DNA from: an uncultured Gammaproteobacteria bacterium
GTDB taxonomy: Bacteria; Patescibacteriota; Patescibacteriia; UBA2591; UBA6264
NCBI GenBank assembly: GCA_964617525.1
Contig: CAZTWG010000002.1
Coordinates: 1-9,678, forward strand
Reading direction: 5' to 3'
DNA length: 9,678 bases
The stretch's first letter is position 1. Every line of letters begins with the position of its first letter. Both the position numbers and the translations under genes were made by a program. The notes under the pieces are model-generated. The model worked only from the letters and a program-made list of their open reading frames with translations. It ran no database searches and had not been told where the DNA came from. Of this stretch, positions 1-6,234 are shown one piece after another.

Positions 1-72
1 AGCGAGTGAGCGGAGTCGAACCGCCGTCATCTCCTTGGGAAGGAGATATAATAACCGTTATACCACACTCGC
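1..72 (-). tRNA. tRNA-Gly, anticodon CCC. The 3' end is at the window edge, so any encoded CCA would lie outside the window.
   Basis: The reverse complement reads GCGAGTG-TG-GTAT-AACGGTTA-TTAT-A-TCTCC-TTCCCAA-GGAGA-TGAC-GGCGG-TTCGACT-CCGCT-CACTCGC-T. It has a perfect 7-bp acceptor stem, U8, A14, GG in the D loop, and a 5-bp anticodon stem with loop TT-CCC-AA. The T arm carries TTCGA, and the discriminator is U, as is typical of bacterial tRNA-Gly. The D stem is weak (3 bp plus a G-U pair). Confidence 0.9.
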
Positions 73-588
73 AACAGTCTTTTTAAGTTTTTTTATCGCC
101 CTCAACCTATGCCATTGAGACAAATAATCAATAATTAAAGTTCCATGCAAATGGTCAATCTCATGTTGAAGCACCCTAGCAAAAAAACCCTCTGCCTCTA
201 AAACAATCGGTTTATTTTTTTGCAAGGACCATGCTTCCACTTTTATTTTGTTAGCTCTTTTAACTTTAACCGATATCCCAGGCAAGCTCAAACAACCTTC
301 AATCCCTTTATTGCTTTTAGCAGACTTATAAACAATTTTTGGGTTAGCTAAACATAAAAAATTATTAGGACGTGAATTATAGCCACTAGCAGCATAAGCG
401 TCAATTATTATAATCTGCTTGTTAGAACCAACCTGAGGAGCAGCTAAACCAACCCCATTTTTTGATTCTTGTAGACTTTTCAAAATTCCTTTATATAACA
501 ATCTAATATCTTTGTTAAAATCTTTAATTTCCTGACATTTTTGCCTCAATATCGGGTCACCATATTTTCTAATTTTTAATAAATTCAT
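58..588 (-). CDS. def: peptide deformylase
   Basis: 176-aa ORF with all three deformylase motifs: GVGLAAPQVG (motif 1), EGCLSLPG (motif 2) and QHEIDHLHG (motif 3, the HEXXH metal site). The last 5 codons and the stop overlap the 5' part of the tRNA-Gly gene. Confidence 0.95.
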   Translation of the reverse strand: MNLLKIRKYGDPILRQKCQEIKDFNKDIRLLYKGILKSLQESKNGVGLAAPQVGSNKQIIIIDAYAASGYNSRPNNFLCLANPKIVYKSAKSNKGIEGCLSLPGISVKVKRANKIKVEAWSLQKNKPIVLEAEGFFARVLQHEIDHLHGTLIIDYLSQWHRLRAIKKLKKTVASVV

Positions 589-616
589 AAAATAAATCTA
601 ATTATTTTTTAATATC

Positions 617-649
617 AAGAACCTGCTCGCTTTGCTCGTCAGAACCTTG
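617..649. repeat. copy A of a short intergenic repeat: AAGAACCT-GC-TCGCTT-TG-CTCGTC-AGAACCTTG
   Basis: It shares its boundaries (AAGAACCT ... AGAACCTTG) and inner blocks (TCGCTT ... CTCG(C)TC) with the element at 8573..8623. It is conspicuously GC-rich relative to the flanking AT-rich spacer. Confidence 0.6.
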
Positions 650-702
650 AAATTAAATATTTATTGTACAAACATCAAAGTATTTCAATTTTAACATTCT
701 CT

Positions 703-731
703 CAAATTAAAACAACCCTCTAAAAAGGTTG
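703..731 (-). terminator. candidate intrinsic terminator downstream of rplM
   Basis: The minus-strand RNA reads CAACCUUU-UUA-GAGGGUUG, a stem of 5 Watson-Crick pairs extendable to 8 bp with G-U pairs. It is followed directly by UUUUAAUUU and lies 55 nt after the rplM stop. Confidence 0.4.
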
Positions 732-785
732 CTAGAAACTATTGATTGAGAGATTCAAAGATTAATCCTCTGAATTTTTAGTAAT

Positions 786-1154
786 TTAGTTATTCATCTC
801 TAATCTTCTCATTCTTCCCGAACGAAGCTTATTCTTTGGCAACATATTATAAACAGCTTTCTTGAGAAGTTCAGATGGATTCTTAGCAAATATATCTTTC
901 ATTTTTTTTTCTTTTAACCCACCAGGATATCCACTATGGTGATAATATATTTTTTGTTCAAGTTTATGTCCCTTAAATTTCATTTTTGAAACATTATTAA
1001 CAACAACTTCATCTCCCATGTCCATATTAGGAGAATAATTAGTCTTGCGTTTGCCGGTTAAAGCTAAAGCTATCCTAGTGGCTAATCGCCCTAAAACTCT
1101 ATTAGTAGCATCAATTGTGTGTGTTTTTCTGTTATTAACAATATTATTGTCCAT
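786..1154 (-). CDS. rplM: 50S ribosomal protein L13 (short form lacking the usual C-terminal segment)
   Basis: 122-aa ORF with L13 hallmarks: TLGRLAT-like VLGRLATRIA, GDEVVVNN, KIYYHHSGYPGGLK and MLPKNKL. Confidence 0.93.
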   Translation of the reverse strand: MDNNIVNNRKTHTIDATNRVLGRLATRIALALTGKRKTNYSPNMDMGDEVVVNNVSKMKFKGHKLEQKIYYHHSGYPGGLKEKKMKDIFAKNPSELLKKAVYNMLPKNKLRSGRMRRLEMNN

Positions 1155-1163
1155 ATTTTATGA

Positions 1164-1514
1164 TTAAACTAATTCTAAAACTACCATATGAGCAGCATCA
1201 CCCCTGCGAGAACCAATCTTAATAATTCTAAGGTAACCACCAGGTCGCTCTTTATAGCGAGGGCCTAGCTCTTCCATAATTTTTTTAGTAGCTTCTCTGC
1301 TTTGTAAATAAGCATTAATTTTTCGTAAATTATCTAAACTATTAACCCTTCCTCTTGAAATCAAACGTTCAATAATTGGTTTAACTGCCTTAGCTTTAGC
1401 TTCAGTAGTAGTGATTTTATCGTTTAAAATAAGAGCGCAAGCTAAACCCTTAAAAAGGGCCTTACGAGGACCAATTTTTCGGGATAAAATTTTTCCTTTT
1501 TTCCTGTGTCGCAT
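1164..1514 (-). CDS. rplQ: 50S ribosomal protein L17
   Basis: 116-aa ORF beginning MRHRKKGKILSRKIGPRKAL and ending GGYLRIIKIGSRRGDAAHMVVLELV, as is typical of L17. It sits in the canonical position just after rpoA (8-nt gap). Confidence 0.95.
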   Translation of the reverse strand: MRHRKKGKILSRKIGPRKALFKGLACALILNDKITTTEAKAKAVKPIIERLISRGRVNSLDNLRKINAYLQSREATKKIMEELGPRYKERPGGYLRIIKIGSRRGDAAHMVVLELV

Positions 1515-1522
1515 ATAAATAA

Positions 1523-2380
1523 TTATTTTTTCTTCTTAGCTTTAGCTGTTTTTTTAACAACTTTTTTGGTCGTTTTCTTCTTAGCTGTTTTTTTAACAAC
1601 TTTTTTGGTCGTTTTCTTGTCAGTCTTTACTTTAACGTTAGATGATTTCTTTTTTTCCTGTAACTTAGGAGAAGTAATGGCCGAAGTTAATTCACTTAAA
1701 TAAGAAAATTGTTCATTTAATAATTGCATAGCCTTTAATCCAGCATCCAATGGAGAAATAGTGCCATCCGTCTCAATCCCCAAGATTAATCTATCATAAT
1801 CGGTACGACCACCTACACGCACGTTCTCAATATTAGCTGAAACTTGTAGAATAGGGGTAAAGATTGAGTCAACAACTATAGCGCCAACATCTAAACCTTC
1901 TCTTTTTTTTGCTTCTGAAGGAACCCACCCATAGCCTCTAGCTACCCAAATTTCCATATCTAATTTAGCTTTTTTGTCGGTTAGTTCAGCAATTAACAAA
2001 TCAGGGTTAATTATTTCTACATCAGCTGATTTATCAATGTCAGAAGCGTAAACCTTCCTCTCTCCGCTTGCCTTTAACGTTAGTCTAATAGGTTCTTCAT
2101 TTTCGGTGAAAATCTTTAATCTTAATGATTTTAAATTTAAAATAATACCCAGAACATCCTCATAAACATTAGGAATGGTAGAAAACTCATATTTAACCCC
2201 TTTTATTTTAACTGAGACTACTGCTGCTCCGCCTAAAGATGTGAGTAGAACCCGCCTAAGAGCGTTCCCCCATGTTATTCCATAACCAGGATAACAGGGC
2301 TCAATAATAATAGAACCCTTATTATTATTTTCTTTATCTGGATGAAAATTAATTTCTTGTGGTAAAAAAATATTTTTCAT
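1523..2380 (-). CDS. rpoA: DNA-directed RNA polymerase subunit alpha: N-terminal domain only, plus a Lys-rich tail
   Basis: 285-aa ORF in the canonical rpsD-rpoA-rplQ position. It matches the alpha N-terminal domain (GYGITWGNALRRVLLTSLGGAAV, EDVLGIILNLK, DYDRLILGIETDG). The last 47 residues are a low-complexity K/T/V/A tail rather than an alpha C-terminal domain. Confidence 0.9.
   Translation of the reverse strand: MKNIFLPQEINFHPDKENNNKGSIIIEPCYPGYGITWGNALRRVLLTSLGGAAVVSVKIKGVKYEFSTIPNVYEDVLGIILNLKSLRLKIFTENEEPIRLTLKASGERKVYASDIDKSADVEIINPDLLIAELTDKKAKLDMEIWVARGYGWVPSEAKKREGLDVGAIVVDSIFTPILQVSANIENVRVGGRTDYDRLILGIETDGTISPLDAGLKAMQLLNEQFSYLSELTSAITSPKLQEKKKSSNVKVKTDKKTTKKVVKKTAKKKTTKKVVKKTAKAKKKK
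1541..1618. repeat. 39-bp tandem duplication (2 copies, 38/39 identical) inside the 3' end of rpoA
   Basis: 1541..1579 tttagctgtttttttaacaacttttttggtcgttttctt versus 1580..1618 cttagctgtttttttaacaacttttttggtcgttttctt. A partial related unit lies at 1531..1540. The duplication encodes the repeated peptide TTKKVVKKTAK(K/A)K. Confidence 0.95.
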
Positions 2381-2416
2381 ATCATTAAACTTATCAAAAA
2401 TTTTTAAATTATATTT

Positions 2417-3049
2417 TTAGCGACTATAAAATGCTATAATTAATTTACCATCAAATGATTGAGGCAAGTCTTTTTCGCTTGGCTCTTGCAAAATTTTAAT
2501 ATGTAATTTTTTGGAGTCAACGTCAAACCAAATTGGTAGAAAATCTTTATCTTTATTCTTGGAAACATCAAAATTATTTTTAATCATTGATTCAATATTT
2601 TTTTTATTTTTAACTTTAATTACATCTCCAATTTTTACCCTATAAGAAGGAATGTCCATTCGTTTATCATTCAATAAAATGTTTCCGTGACTAATCAATT
2701 GACGAGCTGCCCTTCGTGAACTAGCAAAACCAGCCTTACAAACTACATTATCAATCCTAGTTTCAAACGATCTTAAAAAGTTTATCTCTGTATTTCCTTT
2801 TTTATTTTTAGCCTCAACAAAATAATTTTTACATTGTTTTTCAGATATACCATAAAATCTCTTTAAACGTTGTTTTTCCCTTAACTGCAATCCGTATTCT
2901 GATAAACGAGAATAACCTTTTGGGCCATTAGCTCCTGGTGGATATTTTCTTCTAACCACAGCACAACTAGGGGTAAAGCAACGTTCCCCTTTTAAAAAAA
3001 GTTTTTTACCTTCTCGACGACACATTTTACATCTTGGCATTGATTTCAT
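2417..3049 (-). CDS. rpsD: 30S ribosomal protein S4 (Cys4 zinc-knuckle type)
   Basis: 210-aa ORF with CKMCRREGKKLFLKGERCFTPSC, LSEYGLQLREKQRLKRFYGISEKQ, RIDNVV and the C-terminal FYSR. The start could instead be the second ATG, three codons downstream (MPRCK...). Confidence 0.95.
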   Translation of the reverse strand: MKSMPRCKMCRREGKKLFLKGERCFTPSCAVVRRKYPPGANGPKGYSRLSEYGLQLREKQRLKRFYGISEKQCKNYFVEAKNKKGNTEINFLRSFETRIDNVVCKAGFASSRRAARQLISHGNILLNDKRMDIPSYRVKIGDVIKVKNKKNIESMIKNNFDVSKNKDKDFLPIWFDVDSKKLHIKILQEPSEKDLPQSFDGKLIIAFYSR

Positions 3050-3104
3050 CTTTTTTTTAATATTTATTGTTGTTTAGAAATTAGGAATTCCAACCGAAGG
3101 ATGG

Positions 3105-3491
3105 CTATACTCTTCTTACTCCTCGTGCTCGACAACCATTATGCGGTAAAGGAGTAATATCTTTAATTGATAAAATATTTAATCCGTTGGAGTATAAAGA
3201 CCTTACAGCTGATTCGCGACCCATTCCGACTCCCTTTACAAAAACCTGAACTTCTTTTAAGTTATAGTCTTTAACGTTTTCTACCACTTTTTTCACAATA
3301 ACACTAGCTGCATAAGGAGTAGCTTTTTTAGCCCCCTTAAAGCCAAAACAGCCTGCACTAGCCCAAGCCAAAACATTACCCCCTAAATCTGTTAGACTAA
3401 CAATTGTATTGTTATAAGTAGCCTTAATATAAGCACGTCCGCGAGGTATCTGCTTAATTATTTTTTTCTTTCTTCTTTTAATAACTGCCAT
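3105..3491 (-). CDS. rpsK: 30S ribosomal protein S11
   Basis: 128-aa ORF with GRAYIKATYNNTIVSLTDLGGNVLAWASAG, GAKKATPYAA and DITPLPHNGCRARGVRRV. Confidence 0.95.
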   Translation of the reverse strand: MAVIKRRKKKIIKQIPRGRAYIKATYNNTIVSLTDLGGNVLAWASAGCFGFKGAKKATPYAASVIVKKVVENVKDYNLKEVQVFVKGVGMGRESAVRSLYSNGLNILSIKDITPLPHNGCRARGVRRV

Positions 3492-3507
3492 AATATATTT
3501 AAATTAT

Positions 3508-3897
3508 TTATGTTTTTTGAAGTGACCGTCGCCCGCTACCAGAGGTTCTTCTTGTATTGCCACGCACTGTACGGCTATTGGTTTTTGTTCTTTGCCCCCG
3601 TGCCGGCAAGCGCTTTGTATGCCGCGTTCCACGATAACAACCAATATCTTTTAATCTTTTAATATTTGAAGTTATGTCTCTTTTTAATTCTCCACCAGTC
3701 CTATAATTAGCTTCAATAATTTTTTTTAATTTATCCATCTCTTCCGAACTTAAGGTCTCTACTAATTTGTTTTTATCTATATTTACCTTTTCTAAAATTT
3801 CATTAGCTAAACTGTTTCCAATCCCAAAAATATAGGTTAAACCTATTACAATTCTTTTTTTGGGTGGTAAATTAATCCCTACTATTCTCACTATCAT
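3508..3897 (-). CDS. rpsM: 30S ribosomal protein S13
   Basis: 129-aa ORF with RIVGINLPPKKRIVIGLTYIFGIG, IKRLKDIGCYRGTRH and LPARGQRTKTN. Confidence 0.95.
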   Translation of the reverse strand: MIVRIVGINLPPKKRIVIGLTYIFGIGNSLANEILEKVNIDKNKLVETLSSEEMDKLKKIIEANYRTGGELKRDITSNIKRLKDIGCYRGTRHTKRLPARGQRTKTNSRTVRGNTRRTSGSGRRSLQKT

Positions 3898-3898
3898 A

Positions 3899-3938
3899 GA
3901 AATTGGTTAATTAGTTAATTGGTCAATTAGGTAATCGG
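3899..3938. repeat. degenerate 8-bp tandem array (about 5 units of nnAATTrG) forming the rpsM 5' leader
   Basis: The plus strand reads gaaattgg ttaattag ttaattgg tcaattag gtaatcgg. As minus-strand RNA this is CCGAUUAC CUAAUUGA CCAAUUAA CUAAUUAA CCAAUUUC, ending one nucleotide before the rpsM AUG. Confidence 0.7.
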
Positions 3939-3980
3939 AATTTTAAAACGCTCAATCCCAAAGTATCTAATCACCCAAGT

Positions 3981-4094
3981 TTATCCTTGCCTTTGTTTAT
4001 GCTTAGGATTCTTGCAAATAACATAAATTCGTTTTCCACGACGAACTATCTTACATGAACTACACATTTTTTTAACAGAAGATCTTACTTTCAT
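3981..4094 (-). CDS. rpmJ: 50S ribosomal protein L36
   Basis: Hand-translated ORF below the track's size cutoff: [37 protein letters not shown] (37 aa plus TAA). This is the classic L36 sequence with C-x2-C...C-x4-H zinc ligands, in the canonical infA-rpmJ-rpsM position. Confidence 0.92.
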   Translation of the reverse strand: MKVRSSVKKMCSSCKIVRRGKRIYVICKNPKHKQRQG

Positions 4095-4103
4095 AATAAA
4101 CTT

Positions 4104-4133
4104 ATTATACAAAAATACTAAAATATTAATGAA
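4104..4133 (-). promoter_or_regulatory. candidate rpmJ/alpha-operon promoter, implying a near-leaderless rpmJ mRNA
   Basis: The minus strand has a perfect TATAAT (4109..4104) only 9 nt upstream of the rpmJ ATG. A weak -35-like TTCATT (4133..4128) lies at 18-nt spacing. The site is just downstream of the infA terminator-like hairpin. Confidence 0.3.
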
Positions 4134-4145
4134 ACAAACACCGCA

Positions 4146-4176
4146 TTAAAAAAATCCTTTAAATTTGAAAAGGATT
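4146..4176 (-). terminator. candidate intrinsic terminator or attenuator after infA
   Basis: The minus-strand RNA reads AAUCCUUU-(8-nt loop)-AAAGGAUU, an 8-bp stem with 2 GC pairs, running into a U7 tract. It starts 5 nt after the infA stop. Confidence 0.45.
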
Positions 4177-4180
4177 AAAT

Positions 4181-4414
4181 CTATTTTAAGCGGTAGACTA
4201 TTCTCCCTTTGGTTAAGTCATAAGGACTAATTTCTAATCTTACTCTATCTCCTTGAGAAATCCTAATTCTATACATTCTCATTTTCCCAGAAAGATGGGC
4301 TAAAATACTTTTCCCACTATCTAGAGTTACTCGAAAAGTTGTTGACGGTAATAATTCTTCAACCACACCTTCGGCATTTAAAAAGTCCTTAGATATTTTT
4401 TGTCTGTCAGGCAT
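4181..4414 (-). CDS. infA: translation initiation factor IF-1
   Basis: 77-aa ORF with an S1-like fold signature: [61 protein letters not shown]. Confidence 0.95.
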   Translation of the reverse strand: MPDRQKISKDFLNAEGVVEELLPSTTFRVTLDSGKSILAHLSGKMRMYRIRISQGDRVRLEISPYDLTKGRIVYRLK

Positions 4415-4441
4415 AAAAAAATAATTTTGTAGATATAAATT

Positions 4442-4470
4442 ATTTTACACATCTCTTATATTATTGTCAA
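4442..4470 (-). promoter_or_regulatory. sigma-70-type promoter for infA
   Basis: The minus strand has consensus TTGACA (4470..4465), an exact 17-nt spacer, then TAAAAT (4447..4442). The -10 ends 27 nt upstream of the infA ATG. Confidence 0.55.
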
Positions 4471-4513
4471 CCCCAATACTATTATAATTTAAAATAAGGT
4501 AAAGAAAATATAA

Positions 4514-5179
4514 TTAATTGATAATTATTTTTATTCTAGAAGGAAATAAAGGTAAATGCTGCCAAAATTTTGGCGAATTATTTATCATAACATTTTTTAT
4601 CCCTGGCAACTCTTTTAAGATTCTATTCGCCTCTGTCAATTTTTGCGAAACCATAATTTTTTTTAGAGCTTTTAAATCATAATTCATAGTTACCTCTTCT
4701 TCCAAAGAAACTAACAAGGTTGCTTTTCCTTTTTCTAAATCTTTATTAATAATTTGAATTCTCCATTCTAATGGATGAAATTTTGCAACCTCTTTAATTG
4801 GCACAAAATCAGCACCTAATCCATTTGTTTTATATGAGTTATCTAAAACATTTTGCGTTTTATATTCGGCAATCTTTTGTAAATCCTTTTGCAAAAAAAC
4901 AACCATATCCCCTCTCTCATTATCCTTAAGTCCATCAATCGACATATAATCTGAATCTAATTCTTCTTCTAGATTAACAATCTTGGAAGGGATGATGTCT
5001 AAATTCAACAACGGGTGTGTAGCACTTTGGCTAAGATTAACCTCAAAATCTAAGAGCAAAGGTTCGGAGATAGAAGTCAGTTCTATCTCTGTTTTGGGCA
5101 CCCAAGCAATAATAAATAATAAAAATAAGATTAGTAAACCAAAAACAAAAAACTTAAAAGTAGGAAAACTATATGTCAT
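4514..5179 (-). CDS. hypothetical bitopic membrane protein (N-terminal TM helix plus a roughly 190-aa extracytoplasmic domain), translationally coupled to murB
   Basis: 221-aa ORF whose hydrophobic segment FKFFVFGLLILFLLFIIAW near the N-terminus predicts a signal anchor. Its ATG overlaps the murB stop (ATGA, 4-nt overlap). I recognise no family motif. Confidence 0.7.
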   Translation of the reverse strand: MTYSFPTFKFFVFGLLILFLLFIIAWVPKTEIELTSISEPLLLDFEVNLSQSATHPLLNLDIIPSKIVNLEEELDSDYMSIDGLKDNERGDMVVFLQKDLQKIAEYKTQNVLDNSYKTNGLGADFVPIKEVAKFHPLEWRIQIINKDLEKGKATLLVSLEEEVTMNYDLKALKKIMVSQKLTEANRILKELPGIKNVMINNSPKFWQHLPLFPSRIKIIIN

Positions 5180-6132
5180 AATAAATACTCAATTTCTAAA
5201 GATAAATCAATGTTAAATTTTTTCTTGACTTGTTTTTGAACAATTTCTATCAAAGAATAAATGTCTTGAGCTTTTGCGTTGTTAACATTAATTATAAAAT
5301 TAGCATGTTGTTTGCTAATCTGCGCTCCCCCAATTTTATAACCCTTAAATCCGCATTGGTCAATCAACCAACCAGCAGGAATAGTCCCCCTTTCAATAAA
5401 GATAGAGGGCAGTTGATTTTTAACAAACAAAGATAGTGATTTATTTTTTTTAATTTCAACATTTTTAAAAATACAACCAGCTGAATAACCCTTAGGAATT
5501 CCTTTCTTGCGAATACTTAAAGTTTCTTTTTGTATTTTTAAAATCTTGTTCTTGTTTGCTGTTTCCAATTTAAACTTTATCGAAAGAATAATTATTTTTT
5601 TAGGACCAAAATTTTTTAATTTACTGCTACGATAATCAAACTTAAACCAGTCTGCCCGCTTTTCACTAATCTGACCATTTGGCATTAGCAATGTGGCGCT
5701 AATCATAGTTTTCCCTATGCTACTATTGTTCCTGGGCCAACCAGCGTTACCATAAATTGCACCCCCTACTGTTCCTGGGATACCAACAAAATATTCTAAA
5801 CCACTTAGTCCTTGCTCTAAAGAAAAGGCAATTAATTTACTTAACAACACTCCAGCATCTACTTCTATTATCTTTGTAGTCCCTTTATTTTTCTTTACCT
5901 TAATATTCCGGGACGGAACTTTTATTAAAAGGCCATCAAATCCTTCGTCTGAAACTAAAATATTACTCCCTCCACCTAAAATAAAATATGAGATATTCTC
6001 TGCTTGCGCCCAAGCAATAACTTGCATTAGTTCTTCTTGGCTTTTAGCTTTAAAAAAATATTTAGCTAGTCCTCCTACCCTAAAAGTAGTTAAAGAATCT
6101 ATCCTAATGTTTCCTTGTATCAATAAACTCAT
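5176..6132 (-). CDS. murB: UDP-N-acetylenolpyruvoylglucosamine reductase
   Basis: FAD-binding MurB signature: LTTFRVGGLAKYF, ILGGGSNILVSDEGFDG, GIPGTVGGAIYGNAG and AGWLIDQCGFKG. The track ORF extends to a TTG at 6183. I prefer the ATG at 6132 (MSLLIQGN...) for two reasons. The 17 extra residues have no MurB counterpart, and the TTG lies directly beside the putative corA -35 element (6188..6193). Confidence 0.9.
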   Translation of the reverse strand: MSLLIQGNIRIDSLTTFRVGGLAKYFFKAKSQEELMQVIAWAQAENISYFILGGGSNILVSDEGFDGLLIKVPSRNIKVKKNKGTTKIIEVDAGVLLSKLIAFSLEQGLSGLEYFVGIPGTVGGAIYGNAGWPRNNSSIGKTMISATLLMPNGQISEKRADWFKFDYRSSKLKNFGPKKIIILSIKFKLETANKNKILKIQKETLSIRKKGIPKGYSAGCIFKNVEIKKNKSLSLFVKNQLPSIFIERGTIPAGWLIDQCGFKGYKIGGAQISKQHANFIINVNNAKAQDIYSLIEIVQKQVKKKFNIDLSLEIEYLL

Positions 6133-6187
6133 ATTTAATATTTTAACAAATTTTATCAATAAAAGCCATTGTAGATTTATCAAAATT

Positions 6188-6216
6188 TTGATACAATATT
6201 AATATATTTATATATA
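6188..6216 (+). promoter_or_regulatory. candidate corA-cysS promoter
   Basis: TTGATA (6188..6193), a 17-nt spacer, then TATATA (6211..6216), with the -10 ending 18 nt upstream of the corA ATG. The AT-rich background makes chance matches likely. Confidence 0.35.
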
Positions 6217-6234
6217 AAAATTAATCATAAACTA

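Noticed and set aside
611-650. On the minus strand the repeat copies contain CUGACGAG... (copy A) and ...GAGCGA-[GC hairpin]-GGAAGCGAAAGG (copy B). These superficially resemble the hammerhead ribozyme core, CUGANGA - stem II - GAAA.
   Set aside because: Copy A would have only a 2-bp stem II and lacks the GAAA. Copy B lacks an exact CUGANGA. The flanking AGGUUCU segments are direct repeats rather than complementary, so stems I and III cannot form.
1506-1703. 65-aa plus-strand ORF (MSHINNYFFFLALAVFLTTFLVVFF...), very hydrophobic and internally repeated.
   Set aside because: It is the antisense shadow of the Lys-rich rpoA tail, where AAA/AAG codons read as TTT/CTT on the other strand. It starts at a GTG inside rplQ and lies wholly within two well-supported genes.
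3090-3104. Small hairpin CCAUCC-UUC-GGUUGG immediately after the rpsK stop, considered as a possible terminator or S4 operator.
   Set aside because: The stem has an internal mismatch and only a 3-nt loop, and no U tract follows. The rpsK-rpsD pair is expected to be co-transcribed, so the evidence is too weak to call.
4983-5436. Plus-strand ORFs 4983..5216 (77 aa) and 5230..5436 (68 aa).
   Set aside because: Both are entirely antisense to the hypothetical/murB coding sequence. They are low-complexity with no recognisable motifs, as expected for chance ORFs in AT-rich DNA.
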